A stretch of DNA of 64,000 bases from Candidatus Bathyarchaeia archaeon (GCA_038883655.1 JAVZLQ010000002.1:238396-302395), one strand, 5' to 3'; counted from the first letter of the stretch, positions 19,654 through 30,193 are shown. Translations and numbers: made by a program. The notes: generated from the letters alone by a model not told the origin.

Positions 19654-20161
19654 ATGGCTTTTGAGGTTGTTGATGGGCGGTTTCATGTGTTTAGGGATGA
19701 GGATTTTTTGGATGCTTGCTGAGATTGAGACGCATCCAGACGTTATGCGTTGGAACATTGATGTGTATGCTGGCGATAAGACTGAGATGTATCGTTCTTT
19801 TAAAGAGGCTATTGAAAGGCTTCAAATAGAAAGGGATAAGCTATTTCTTGTTGGAAAGTTGGATGGCAAAGTTATTGGTTTTGTTGGCGTGAAACGTAAG
19901 AACGAAAACCCACACATCGGCGATGTTGGCATATCTGTCCATCCAAACTATTGGAATAGGGGCTTTGGAACATGCATGTTAAAATTTGCCATTGAAAAAG
20001 CTAGGGATGAAGGGTTCCTAAAACTTGAGTTGGAAACGCTTGCCGCAAATAAGGCGATGCTGAGAATTGCGGAGAAAATAGGATTTGAAGTTGAAGGCAT
20101 TAGGAAAGTTAAAAGAAACGAAAATTATGAGAATGTTGTCTTAATGGGGATGAATCTTTGA
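19654..20161 (+). pseudogene. GNAT family acetyltransferase, apparently frameshifted near its 5' end
   Basis: Main frame 19646..20161 has HPNYWNRGFG and N.AM...EKIGF; the RBS-bearing ATG at 19654 is out of frame until the T6 run at 19704-19709. Confidence 0.6.
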
Positions 20162-20649
20162 AGAGCAAGAAAATTTTCGAGAATAATAGAGGTGGGAAAC
20201 TAGCATTAGTCGCACATTGCATTTTAAATCAGAACTCCCGCGTTTTTGGTTTGGCTGAAAGGCCTGGCATAATAAACGAAGTAATGGATATTCTTGTTCG
20301 TAATGATGTTGGCGTGATTCAGATGGTATGTCCAGAACTCGCATACGCTGGGTTGACAAGAACGCCAAAAACGAGGGAACAATATGACAATTTAGAGTTT
20401 AGAGGTTTATGCAGAAAAATTGCTGAAGAACTTGCGAGGCAGGTCAGCGAATATAAAAGACACGGGATAAAGCTGAAAATTATCATGGGTGTTGATGGCA
20501 GCCCAAGTTGCGGCGTGAAGGATTCTGGAATATTAATTGAGGAACTGCGTGCGGCCTTAGATAAAAATGGAATATTAGCGCCATTCTGCGATGTGGACGT
20601 AAAAAACCTAAAAAGATGTGTTGTTGAAATTGAAAAGTTAATTGGTTGA
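20158..20649 (+). CDS. DUF523/TudS-related (2-thiouracil desulfurase-like) protein
   Basis: HCILNQN, CPE, GSPSCG. Confidence 0.8.
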   Translation: MKSKKIFENNRGGKLALVAHCILNQNSRVFGLAERPGIINEVMDILVRNDVGVIQMVCPELAYAGLTRTPKTREQYDNLEFRGLCRKIAEELARQVSEYKRHGIKLKIIMGVDGSPSCGVKDSGILIEELRAALDKNGILAPFCDVDVKNLKRCVVEIEKLIG

Positions 20650-20670
20650 ACATCGAATTTTGGTTATAAA

Positions 20671-21657
20671 CTAAATTGGCGGTTTAACATGTTTTTTGTT
20701 TGTCGTTTTTCCACGCATCCATTTTTCAAACTCGCTTGTCGGCGGATTTTCAGCATAAAGTCTTCGCCTATAGGCCTCCAAAAAGGCGTTTTTTACGCCT
20801 AGAAACTCGGCGGCAGTTAAAATTTTACAGTCCGCTTCACGTGCCTTGTCGAATATGCCCTCTACTTTTTCACGCCACTTCTCGTCTCTCAAAATGTGAT
20901 GCTCCAAAATAACCATCTTTGCAATTTCGACAACACGCCCCAAACCATTTAATCCAACTTGAACTTGCCAATCATTAACTTTAAATCCAGCCAAATATAA
21001 TGGTGGTCCGCCAATCATCAAAAGCTGGGGCTTCTCCTCCGCAATTATGTCCAGCGTCTCCTTCGCCATTGGTCCTTGAACATCTGGAGCAAACATGAAC
21101 TTTTCATCTCCACATTCCACAGTGGTCATCAAAACCCATCCGAGAGCCGAATCTTCCGGTCCATGAAAGACAGGTTTGGAAAATTTTATTGTTGTTAATT
21201 TGCCACAATGAAACGTTTTCCCATCTGCAACTTCGAGTTTCGCTGCGAATTTTCCGCCAGTTTTTTGGAAAATCCATCCTCGGCGCCGCTGACTAAAGTT
21301 TATGCTCTCTTTGGGATCCTTCATTAAGACTGTTTTTCCCTCATAAATTTGCCGTGCAGTTTCAGTTTCAGCCGTCCAATTGCAAAGCCAATCCTCATAC
21401 GAGGGCGTGTGATGGTCAAAATGGTAATGGCTCAATGTTACGATTTCCGCCTTTTTCGCAGCTTCCGCAATGCGCCTACGCGATTCAATTATAGCCTTAA
21501 ACTCTAGTGGATGCGGAGGCAAACCAAAACGCTGCGGGCATAACGAAACACCAGCATCCAAAAGAACCTTCACGTCAGGCGTTTCCACATAGGTGCACAT
21601 TGACCTAACGCCCAAACTTTCAGCAGCTAAAGGCACAACACGAATCTTTTTAAGCAT
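20671..21657 (-). CDS. UPF0282 family MBL-fold hydrolase
   Basis: AESLGVRSM, SHYHFDH, DVQGP, HHILRD. Confidence 0.85.
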   Translation of the reverse strand: MLKKIRVVPLAAESLGVRSMCTYVETPDVKVLLDAGVSLCPQRFGLPPHPLEFKAIIESRRRIAEAAKKAEIVTLSHYHFDHHTPSYEDWLCNWTAETETARQIYEGKTVLMKDPKESINFSQRRRGWIFQKTGGKFAAKLEVADGKTFHCGKLTTIKFSKPVFHGPEDSALGWVLMTTVECGDEKFMFAPDVQGPMAKETLDIIAEEKPQLLMIGGPPLYLAGFKVNDWQVQVGLNGLGRVVEIAKMVILEHHILRDEKWREKVEGIFDKAREADCKILTAAEFLGVKNAFLEAYRRRLYAENPPTSEFEKWMRGKTTNKKHVKPPI

Positions 21658-21792
21658 AAAACTTCAACACTTGGTTGTTTCCTATAACTTTTTATCTAAG
21701 TCCAAACTTAGTTTTTTTGGCGGGCGATGACGACTCTGGCCCCGCTGAACCAAAATGATTGGGATCTTGAGTGCGGCGAGCTCGCCAACCTT

Positions 21793-22368
21793 TTACTCTT
21801 CTGTTTTCTCCCACAATTCCATCATTTTTCTCTTTAGTTCGCGGCGTTTCTTGTGTAGGTAGCGGTAAACTGTGCCATGCGAGCTTCCTTCTATTAGCAT
21901 TTGTATTGCTTCTCTTGCTGCTTGCACTTGTTCGACATTTCCGATTATGCCAACGGTGTGCCCGTAAACGCATATGTTTGTTTCCGTCAACTCCTCAATT
22001 ATTCTCCGCGTTTTGCCGTCCATTCCGATTATTCGTCCTTTCACCCGCCTCAGGTCTGATTCTGATTTTCCAAAGATTAGGCGTAAGTCAATTATGTCAA
22101 GCATTGCTTCTTCGTCTCTGATTAGGCGGAATGCGTGCTCAGGCGAAAATCCGCGTCCAATTGCTGTTACAACGTCCTTCGCCTTGAAAAGCGTTGATGG
22201 GTCGCGCGCGTTTTCAGCCAGCGTTATCGTTACGCCTCCAGCGTCACTTTCTATTTGAAGTGTGACGGCAAGCTTCTCCTCTATAGCCTTTTTTGTTTTC
22301 CCTTCTGGTCCGATTAATGCGCCTATGCGGTCTTTTGGTATTCTAACAAATGCGCTTGGTTTAGCCAA
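21793..22368 (-). CDS. KH-domain rRNA processing protein (Dim2/Pno1)
   Basis: GALIGPEG, AIGRGFSPE, KGRIIG. Confidence 0.92.
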   Translation of the reverse strand: MAKPSAFVRIPKDRIGALIGPEGKTKKAIEEKLAVTLQIESDAGGVTITLAENARDPSTLFKAKDVVTAIGRGFSPEHAFRLIRDEEAMLDIIDLRLIFGKSESDLRRVKGRIIGMDGKTRRIIEELTETNICVYGHTVGIIGNVEQVQAAREAIQMLIEGSSHGTVYRYLHKKRRELKRKMMELWEKTEE

Positions 22369-23152
22369 AGCCTGTAACCCTCATGTAGCACTCTTCAACC
22401 GGTGGCACTTCAACGCCTAACCTACTAAAATACTTGTTTATATTGGTTAGGTCTCTTCGTAGTAGGAAATTCGCCATCGGATGTGAAGTTGGAACCGCTT
22501 GTGATATGTCAAATATTACTGGGCGACCTCTCCAAATCATGATGTTGTATTCGCTTAGGTCTCCGTGCACAAGTTCAGCCTTGAGATAAAGCCTCCGCAA
22601 ATACTCAAGAATCGTGGCATAGACTTTTTCTGGGTTTTTCGGCGGCAACTCCTTCATTGATGGTGCTGGGACACCGTCCTTGCCTATGAATTCCATTATT
22701 AACACGTTGTTTTTTACGGCTATTGGTTTTGGCACGCGCACTTTTGCGGTTGTTGCTTGCTCGAGGTTTTTGAATTCTTTTTGTGCCCACGCGAAGATTA
22801 GGGAGCGTGTGTCCCTTTTTACGCCCTTGAACCGGTGGTCGCCTTCGATGTATTTTAGTATCCCCTTGCGGAACTCCGCGGAAACCGTCAAGTAGATTTT
22901 TATGGCTAATTCCTTTCCTTCAGCATCTTTACCCCAGTAAACCCTAGATTCTTTTCCAGCTTTGACAACGCCGTAAATCTCATTTATTACGCCCTTGTTT
23001 AAGAAGTCATATATGACCATGAGCGTGGAGCGGTCAAAAACCTCTTCCAGAACCTCGTATTCTTCGCTGCGCTTTTCCTTCATCAACTGTTCAGTTTCAT
23101 ATTCCTTTTCTTTTTGACTCAACTTTTTTCGGATAATTTCCTTAAAAGACAA
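22361..23152 (-). CDS. rio1: RIO1 family serine kinase
   Basis: GKES.VY, AIKIY, WA.KE, VHGDLSEYN, FD.SQ. Confidence 0.93.
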   Translation of the reverse strand: MSFKEIIRKKLSQKEKEYETEQLMKEKRSEEYEVLEEVFDRSTLMVIYDFLNKGVINEIYGVVKAGKESRVYWGKDAEGKELAIKIYLTVSAEFRKGILKYIEGDHRFKGVKRDTRSLIFAWAQKEFKNLEQATTAKVRVPKPIAVKNNVLIMEFIGKDGVPAPSMKELPPKNPEKVYATILEYLRRLYLKAELVHGDLSEYNIMIWRGRPVIFDISQAVPTSHPMANFLLRRDLTNINKYFSRLGVEVPPVEECYMRVTGFG

Positions 23153-23165
23153 GCTGTCTTCTCCA

Positions 23166-23474
23166 TCAAGAAATTGTCAAAAGACCCTTCTTGCGGAGCA
23201 AATCCGCCTGGGCTTTGGTGTAACGCCAAATTAAATCGCCACGCGTGTCAGACTGAAAATCCCAAGGAGAAACAAGAACAACATCGCCGACGCGTATCCA
23301 AACTCGCCTCTTCATTTTACCCCTAATGCGGCATAAACGTTCATGCCCGTCTTGGCATTTAACCAAAACACGGTCAAAACCCAAAAGTTTAACGGCTATG
23401 CCTAAAACATCGTTTGGAGACGGGTAAACCATCTCGCTTAATTCCTCTTCGCTTAATACCTTCTTTTTACCCAA
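23166..23474 (-). CDS. eif1a: translation initiation factor aIF-1A
   Basis: RLCRIRGKMKRRVWI..GD.VLV.PWDFQ. Confidence 0.95.
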   Translation of the reverse strand: MGKKKVLSEEELSEMVYPSPNDVLGIAVKLLGFDRVLVKCQDGHERLCRIRGKMKRRVWIRVGDVVLVSPWDFQSDTRGDLIWRYTKAQADLLRKKGLLTIS

Positions 23475-23764
23475 TCAGCCACCTCAAACGTTTATCGGCT
23501 TAACCTCCTTTAATGGTATGCCTAACTCCCTTAAAAGCATACTCACCACAAAAGGGGTTTTCAAATAAAATTGTCTTTCAACATTCTGGGCGCGGTTACC
23601 GCAAATGTTAAAAATGATCGAGCGCCCATCTACATAAGAAACTGGACATCAGGCGCCACAACATACATTTACTTCCAATACAAACGCTCAACACTTGCAA
23701 AAAGGCTGCATCCCAGAAGAAGTTAAGCACTCCCTTATTCTTCTTTAAAATTTGAACACTAACC

Positions 23765-24061
23765 CTATATTTTCACGATTTGCGCGTGTGGAACGCCTTC
23801 GATGTTTAATACTGCTTCTGGGTGCACGTAGCCCTTTTCTATGGCTTTTTGAACTATGTTCTTGCCAACCATGTTCACTATTGTGCAGTTGGCTATCATT
23901 TCAACAGCCTCTTCGGCGCTGACCCTTGCGCCCTTGTAGAACTCCTCCTTAACATTGAAGACTATTTTTCCTTCGCGCAACGTTTTTCCGAGGATTTCAG
24001 CGTCGCATATAGCCAAAAGCACGTTGTTCCCAATTTTCCTAAGTTTCATGTAAACTTCCAA
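23765..24061 (-). CDS. DUF424 family protein
   Basis: LLAICD..ILGK, FY.G, N.VG, GVPHAQ; TTG start at 24061 likely. Confidence 0.88.
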   Translation of the reverse strand: MEVYMKLRKIGNNVLLAICDAEILGKTLREGKIVFNVKEEFYKGARVSAEEAVEMIANCTIVNMVGKNIVQKAIEKGYVHPEAVLNIEGVPHAQIVKI

Positions 24062-24075
24062 TTTAGACAACCATG

Positions 24076-24486
24076 CTAAAGTTGTTGCACAGAAGACTTT
24101 GCCCCACAAGCCTCACAGACGAGGAAGGATAGGCGCTTTTCCTTTATAATTCGCGTGTCTGGGCGCTTACAAACTGGGCAGACGACAAAGACCTCCATGT
24201 AACGTTGTATTAGCCTTTCAAAGGTGTCACGTGAGAAGTTCCCCTTAAAGATTGCTCTTGACTCTTGAAACATGGCTGCAGTGGCCATCTCCCGCGTCAA
24301 AAACTTCAAGAGGTGCTGCGGGTCGCGGTTCAAGGCGTCAGCAACCTCCTTAAAATTGTGGATTGTTGTGCGCATTCCAACTACTGAGTGGCGAAGCGGA
24401 GGCAACTCTAAACGTTCACGTTTTAGGGCTATTTCTGGAATTTGCGAACGCGCCCTCTTCAGCAACTCTTCATAGTCATACTTCAT
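24076..24486 (-). CDS. eif2b: translation initiation factor aIF-2 beta subunit
   Basis: YEELLKRA, NRDPQHLLKF, CPVCKRPDT...CEACGA. Confidence 0.95.
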   Translation of the reverse strand: MKYDYEELLKRARSQIPEIALKRERLELPPLRHSVVGMRTTIHNFKEVADALNRDPQHLLKFLTREMATAAMFQESRAIFKGNFSRDTFERLIQRYMEVFVVCPVCKRPDTRIIKEKRLSFLVCEACGAKSSVQQL

Positions 24487-24576
24487 CCATGTTTTCTCCA
24501 AAAGAACATGACGCAACATACTATTTAAAACTTATAACGCAAGCAATCAGAATGAAATATCGCAGAAGATGATTTA

Positions 24577-25089
24577 ATGGGCTACATATACCTCTACACG
24601 GGAACTGGCGCAGGAAAAACAACAAACGCACTTGGATTAGCTCTTCGTTCTATAGGGCACAAGCGCAAAGTCGTAATAATACAGTTTCTGAAATGGTGGA
24701 AAAAAACCGGCGAATACAAGATAAGGCGGATGCTCGCGCCATACTACGAAATTTACCAGTTTGGACGCAGAGGATGGCATGGACTAGGCAACCTTGACGA
24801 CAGAGACAAAAAACTGGCTCAAAAAGCCCTAAGATTTGCCGAAAAAATCGTCAAGGAGAAAAAGCCGCACCTACTGGTTTTAGACGAAATAAATTTGGCG
24901 CTGCACTGCAAACTCTTGAATGTAAAAGATGTTCTGGATTTTCTGGACAAGCTCCCGAAGAGGACTGATGTCATTTTAACTGGAAGGTATGCGCCGAAAG
25001 AGTTGATTGACAGGGCAGAGTTTGTAAATGAGATAGTTGCCGTAAAAATGCCAAAAGAAACTATAACAACGAAAGGAATACAATACTAA
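24577..25089 (+). CDS. cob(I)alamin adenosyltransferase (CobA/BtuR family)
   Basis: YTG.G.GKTT.A.G, QFLK, LDEIN, LTGR. Confidence 0.9.
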   Translation: MGYIYLYTGTGAGKTTNALGLALRSIGHKRKVVIIQFLKWWKKTGEYKIRRMLAPYYEIYQFGRRGWHGLGNLDDRDKKLAQKALRFAEKIVKEKKPHLLVLDEINLALHCKLLNVKDVLDFLDKLPKRTDVILTGRYAPKELIDRAEFVNEIVAVKMPKETITTKGIQY

Positions 25090-25872
25090 TTGATGAGGAA
25101 TAAAATTTTGAACAAAGACGAAGTCCTTTTTACACCTTCAGACACCATACGATACGTAGCCGAAAACAGAAAAGTTCCAGTTGAAGCCTTAAAGGTTCCC
25201 GAAAGACTGCTGATAACTTATCATAGAAGCACATACGAAAGCGCGAAAAATCTGATTCGCGGCAAGTTCTTCGAATGGATTTACGGTGAAATCGTGCCAT
25301 TCTGCGTCGGAAGGTACAACAATATAGAAGTGGCTGTTAGCCGCTTTCATATTGGGGCACCTGCAGCCGTCATGATACTTGAGGAGGCAATAGCATGCGG
25401 TGCAGCTAAAATTTTTGAGGTTGGATTGTCTGGAGGCTTACAAGAATTTCTAAAACCCGCAGACATAGTCATAGTAACAGAGGCAATTCGCGATGAAGGA
25501 ACATCCCACCACTATTTTCCACCAGATGTGAAAGTTGAATCCTCTCCACAACTAAGAGAGCTATTAATTAAGTGCCTAAACGACATGAAAATCAGGCATT
25601 TTGTCGGTTCTGTATGGTCAACCGATGGCGCTTATAGGGAAACGGTTGGCAAGTACCGCAGATTTAGAGACAACGGAGTTCTAGCCGTTAACATGGAAAC
25701 ATCTGCAATCTTTGCTGTTGCAAAATACAGAAATGTAGAAGCCGCTTCAGCGCAAGTAATCTCGGACATTCTAGCGGAAGGAGGATGGCTCCAAGCTTTT
25801 TACGAAAAATCAGTTAGGGAAAGCATAGAAGTTTTGCTAAAAGCTGTCTTGGAAACTCTTTCGAAGAGCTGA
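25090..25872 (+). CDS. nucleoside phosphorylase (PNP/UDP family)
   Basis: IGAPAA, RDEGTS.HY, STD..YRET, NMETS. Confidence 0.9.
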   Translation: MMRNKILNKDEVLFTPSDTIRYVAENRKVPVEALKVPERLLITYHRSTYESAKNLIRGKFFEWIYGEIVPFCVGRYNNIEVAVSRFHIGAPAAVMILEEAIACGAAKIFEVGLSGGLQEFLKPADIVIVTEAIRDEGTSHHYFPPDVKVESSPQLRELLIKCLNDMKIRHFVGSVWSTDGAYRETVGKYRRFRDNGVLAVNMETSAIFAVAKYRNVEAASAQVISDILAEGGWLQAFYEKSVRESIEVLLKAVLETLSKS

Positions 25873-25926
25873 AAAGCTTAAAGAGCAAAGCAATTTAGAG
25901 TGTTTAACTCTAAGCGGTGAAAACCT

Positions 25927-27324
25927 TTGAGGTATGGCCACCCTTACATTCCAAATTCTCAGCAGAAAATAAAGGAAGAAATGATGCGTGAAATTGGCAT
26001 CAAAAGCATAGATGAGCTTTACACAGACATACCAGAAAGGTACAAGTTGAAAAATCCCTTAAACATTCCGCAACATGCACTGTCAGAGTTTGAAGTTAAA
26101 AGACATGTGGAAGCTTTACTTTCAAAAAACAAAACATGCAATGAAATGCCCATTTTTCTTGGAGCTGGATGCTGGCCGCACTACGTACCAGCAATCGTAA
26201 AGGAAATTGTGCAGCGCAGCGAGTTCCTAACTGCCTACACGCCATACCAACCTGAAATCTCGCAGGGAATGCTTCAAGCCCTTTTCGAGTATCAAAGCAT
26301 GATTTGCGAGTTAACCGCCATGGACATTGCCAACTGCTCCATGTACGATTGGGCTTCAGCCCTAGGCGAAGCAGCAAGAATGGCAGCACGCGTAAACGGT
26401 CGCAGAGAAATTCTTGTTCCAAAAATTATTCATCCAGAAAGGTTGGCAACGCTGCAAGTCTATGCCGAACCAGCTGGAATAAAAATCGAAAAAGTTTCTT
26501 ATGAAAGGGACACTGGCGAACTAGACCTTGAAGATTTAAAAGGCAAAATTTCTAAGCAGACAGCAGCCGTATACATAGAAAACCCATCATATCTCGGCTT
26601 TATCGAAACCCAAGTTGAAGAAATAGAAAAAGAAGCACACAAGCACGGCGCACTCTTCATAGTAGGCATAGACCCAACATCACTCGGAGTAATAAAACCT
26701 CCAGGCGAATACGGCGCAGACATTGTTATTGGCGAAGCGCAGCCCCTCGGAAACCCGATGAACTTCGGCGGTCCGTTGCTGGGAATATTTGCTTGCCGCG
26801 ACGACAATAGTCTTATCCGGCAGATGCCAGGGCGCATAATTGGCTTAACAACAACTGTTGATAACGCTAGGCAAGGCTTTTGTATGGCGCTGCAAACACG
26901 CGAACAGCATATTAGACGCGAAAAAGCAACATCCAACATATGCTCAAACGAAGCTTTGTGCGCCGTAGCCTCTGCAGTTTATATGGCTCTGCTCGGACCG
27001 CAAGGGTTCAAAGGGCTCGGCGAAACAGTGATGTATAAGGCTAACTATGCTATAAGCCTAATTTCAAACATAGATGGCGTGAAAGCGCCAATCTTCAATT
27101 CGGCGCATTTCAAAGAGTTTACGGTTAACTTTGACGATGCTGGGCTAACTGTTAAAGAAGTACACAAGAAGCTTTTGCAACGTGGTATCCACGGCGGAAA
27201 AGACATTTCAGGGGAATTCCCAGAGTTAGGCGAAACCGCACTCTACTGTGTAACTGAGGTTCACTCCGCCAACGAAATTGAATGTTTGGCGGACGCTATA
27301 AACCAAATTTTGCGGAACAAGTGA
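25927..27324 (+). CDS. gcvPA: glycine cleavage P protein subunit 1
   Basis: TAYTPYQPEISQG, REQHIRREKATSNICSN. Confidence 0.95.
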   Translation: MRYGHPYIPNSQQKIKEEMMREIGIKSIDELYTDIPERYKLKNPLNIPQHALSEFEVKRHVEALLSKNKTCNEMPIFLGAGCWPHYVPAIVKEIVQRSEFLTAYTPYQPEISQGMLQALFEYQSMICELTAMDIANCSMYDWASALGEAARMAARVNGRREILVPKIIHPERLATLQVYAEPAGIKIEKVSYERDTGELDLEDLKGKISKQTAAVYIENPSYLGFIETQVEEIEKEAHKHGALFIVGIDPTSLGVIKPPGEYGADIVIGEAQPLGNPMNFGGPLLGIFACRDDNSLIRQMPGRIIGLTTTVDNARQGFCMALQTREQHIRREKATSNICSNEALCAVASAVYMALLGPQGFKGLGETVMYKANYAISLISNIDGVKAPIFNSAHFKEFTVNFDDAGLTVKEVHKKLLQRGIHGGKDISGEFPELGETALYCVTEVHSANEIECLADAINQILRNK

Positions 27325-27330
27325 AAAACC

Positions 27331-28860
27331 ATGTTCAAGCAAGCATGTTGGAGCGAACCAGTAATATTCAATCTTGGAAGAAGCGAAAGAATAGGGCATG
27401 TGCTGCCAACGGCAGAAGAACACGTTAAAAACACTGTTGGAGACTTAAATGAGGTTATACCGCAGAAGATGAAGCGCACAAGCGCGCCGAGGCTTCCGGA
27501 ACTTTCAGAGGTTGAAGTTGCCCGCCACTTCATACGTTTGTCGCAAATGAATTATGGAATTGACTGCGGACTTTACCCGCTTGGGAGCTGCACAATGAAG
27601 TACAACCCAAAAATAGCCGAGCAACTTGCAAGCTTGCCAAAACTTAACATGCTTCACCCATACCAGGACGAGCGCACAATACAGGGAATCCTAGAAATAC
27701 TCTACAAACTTGAACGTTGGCTCGCAGAAATAACAGGCACATACGAAGTTTGCTTAAATCCAGCCGCTGGCGCACACGGCGAGTTTCTGGGCACCTTGCT
27801 TATTAGGGCTTACCACAAAATGAAGGGCGAACTCGAAAAGAGAAGAGAAATAATTGTTCCAGATTCGGCTCACGGCACAAATCCTGCAAGTGCAGCCATG
27901 GCTGGATTCAACGTAATCGTTGTGCCGTCAGATGATGATGGTTGCGTGAGCCTAGGAGCCTTAAAAGCAGCAGTTTCAGAACACACAGCTGGGTTAATGC
28001 TTACAAACCCAAACACTTTGGGAATATTTGAAAAGAACATTGATGAAATAGCTCGAATAATCCACGACGCTGGCGGGCTCCTGTACTACGACGGAGCAAA
28101 CCTGAACCCGATACTCTGCAAGGTTAGACCAGGCGACATGGGCTTCGACATAGTGCACATAAACATTCACAAAACATTCGGCACACCACACGGCGGTGGG
28201 GGACCAGGCGCTGGACCAGTAGGCGTTTCAAAGGAGCTTGCGGAGTTTCTGCCAGTTCCACGAATAGTCTTTGATGGCACTTGGTACCGCCTAGACTATG
28301 ATAGACCCAATAGTGTTGGGAAAATTAGGAGCTTTTACGGGAACGTTGCGGTATTGTTGAAGGCTTACGCTTATATTTTAAGCTTGGGCTTTGAGGGGCT
28401 AAAAGAGGTCGCTGAAGTTTCTGTTTTAAATGCAAATTACTTAATGAAAAAGCTTAAGGAAGTTAGGGGTTTGACGCTTCCATATAACAGCGAAAAGCCA
28501 AGAAAACATGAATGTGTTTTCAGCGCCAAACAGATGAAAAATGAGACTGGAGTTTCAGCCCTAAACATCGCAAAACGCCTGTTAGATTATGGAATTCACG
28601 CACCAACAATTTATTTCCCATTAATAGTTGATGAAGCCCTAATGATTGAACCAACAGAAACCTTCGAAAAAGAGGAGCTTGACCGCTTCGCCGAGGCTAT
28701 GCGCAAGATAAGTGAAGAAGCTTACACTAATCCAGAAAAAGTGTTAAGAGCGCCGCAAAACACTGCTGTTCCACGCCTAGACGAGGTGAAGGCTTCGCAT
28801 CCAAGAACAATGGCTTTGAGCTGGCGCATGTACCAAAAAAGGATAGAACAGAAGGGGTGA
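27331..28860 (+). CDS. gcvPB: glycine cleavage P protein subunit 2
   Basis: PLGSCTMKYN, HKTFGTPHGGGGPG. Confidence 0.95.
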   Translation: MFKQACWSEPVIFNLGRSERIGHVLPTAEEHVKNTVGDLNEVIPQKMKRTSAPRLPELSEVEVARHFIRLSQMNYGIDCGLYPLGSCTMKYNPKIAEQLASLPKLNMLHPYQDERTIQGILEILYKLERWLAEITGTYEVCLNPAAGAHGEFLGTLLIRAYHKMKGELEKRREIIVPDSAHGTNPASAAMAGFNVIVVPSDDDGCVSLGALKAAVSEHTAGLMLTNPNTLGIFEKNIDEIARIIHDAGGLLYYDGANLNPILCKVRPGDMGFDIVHINIHKTFGTPHGGGGPGAGPVGVSKELAEFLPVPRIVFDGTWYRLDYDRPNSVGKIRSFYGNVAVLLKAYAYILSLGFEGLKEVAEVSVLNANYLMKKLKEVRGLTLPYNSEKPRKHECVFSAKQMKNETGVSALNIAKRLLDYGIHAPTIYFPLIVDEALMIEPTETFEKEELDRFAEAMRKISEEAYTNPEKVLRAPQNTAVPRLDEVKASHPRTMALSWRMYQKRIEQKG

Positions 28861-28925
28861 TTACAGGGAAACATTTTATATTGCCATTCAGCGCCTTATA
28901 CGCTCGGAAGCGGATGTGAAAGGGT

Positions 28926-29216
28926 TTGACCGAATTAGAAGATAAGGTGCGAGAGGCTGTTGGAAAATTAATCGACCCAGAAACGGGCTTGAGCTTCGCG
29001 GAGATGCACATGATAACAAACGTCAAAGAGGAAGAGCCTGGCGTAGTTAAAGTCGACTTCATACCTTCAAGTCCATTCTGCCCCATAGCTTTCAAACTTG
29101 CTGCGGACGTGAAAAACGCAGCGAAGAGCGTTGCAGGCGTAAAGAAAGCGCTGGTTTATTGTCGCGGACACATGATGGAGCAACAAATAAACGAGATGGT
29201 TAACAAGGAAACATAA
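28926..29216 (+). CDS. DUF59 / Fe-S assembly (SufT-like) protein
   Basis: IDPE.G, P.SPFCP. Confidence 0.85.
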   Translation: MTELEDKVREAVGKLIDPETGLSFAEMHMITNVKEEEPGVVKVDFIPSSPFCPIAFKLAADVKNAAKSVAGVKKALVYCRGHMMEQQINEMVNKET

Positions 29217-29243
29217 TGTAACATGTGAGTCATTGCCAAAAAT

Positions 29244-30143
29244 TTGCGAGAGTTCAACATGAAGGTCAAAGGCGAACATGAAATTTATTGCTGCGGAGCA
29301 AGAGTACAAATTTCTGAGAAGGGCATAAGGCTGTTGACTCAGCCGACAGTTGAATATTGCCCCTTGCACGAAGCACTTTACGGAACAAAGAAAATCAACT
29401 CGGAAGCCGTGCGCAAAACTATAGAAAAGAAGATTAGCGGCTACGGTTTCTGCTGTGAAAGCCGTCTCCTAAACGCTGAGCCGGTTGTGGCTTATGGCAC
29501 CTCTGAAATGATGCAAGTTTGGCTTGAAAAAGCGCTTATAGACTGTGCGGTTGTTGTCTGTGAAGGCGCTGGAACAGTTATAACGTCAAACGGAAGGCTT
29601 GTGCAGGCAATAGGCGCAAGGTTAACTGGAATAGTACGCACTTCGCCAATAGAATCAACAATTAAACGTATTGAGGCAAAGGGCGGAAGAGTTCTAAACA
29701 AAAATTGTGCACAAATAGACCAAGTTGAAGGGGTGAAGCAAGCATTTAACATGGGTTTTAAGCGAATTGCGGTGACCATTGCTGGCTTTCAAGCTGAAGC
29801 AATAAGTAAGATAAGAAATTTTGAGAGGAAGACAAAGGCTGATGTTCTAGTGTTTTCCGTATGCAACACATGCGTGGACGATTCTGCTGTGCCACACATA
29901 GCCAAGGCGGACATTGCATGTGCAAGCGCTTCGAAAATACTTCGAGAAAAAATTGCCACAAAAGCACTAATGCAACTCGGCGTAACAATACCAGTCTACG
30001 TCCTAACAGACAAGGGAAAAAGACTTGTTTTGGCATACCTTTCAGAATTTGGAGAAAAGCTCATCATATTCAAGACAAGCAAACTACCCTACAACGTTGA
30101 GGGAAAAGGACCTAAGCTTAAGCCTTCAGACGATAACCAATAG
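29244..30143 (+). CDS. DUF2099 / methanogenesis marker 8 family protein
   Basis: YCPL, GTSE, VVCEGAGTV, LVQ.IG.R..G...T.PI, IDQV.GV. Confidence 0.8.
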   Translation: MREFNMKVKGEHEIYCCGARVQISEKGIRLLTQPTVEYCPLHEALYGTKKINSEAVRKTIEKKISGYGFCCESRLLNAEPVVAYGTSEMMQVWLEKALIDCAVVVCEGAGTVITSNGRLVQAIGARLTGIVRTSPIESTIKRIEAKGGRVLNKNCAQIDQVEGVKQAFNMGFKRIAVTIAGFQAEAISKIRNFERKTKADVLVFSVCNTCVDDSAVPHIAKADIACASASKILREKIATKALMQLGVTIPVYVLTDKGKRLVLAYLSEFGEKLIIFKTSKLPYNVEGKGPKLKPSDDNQ

Positions 30144-30193
30144 ATTTTTAAGTTTCAGTTTATCTCTGTGATGTTCTTTCAGCTGGTGCGTTT

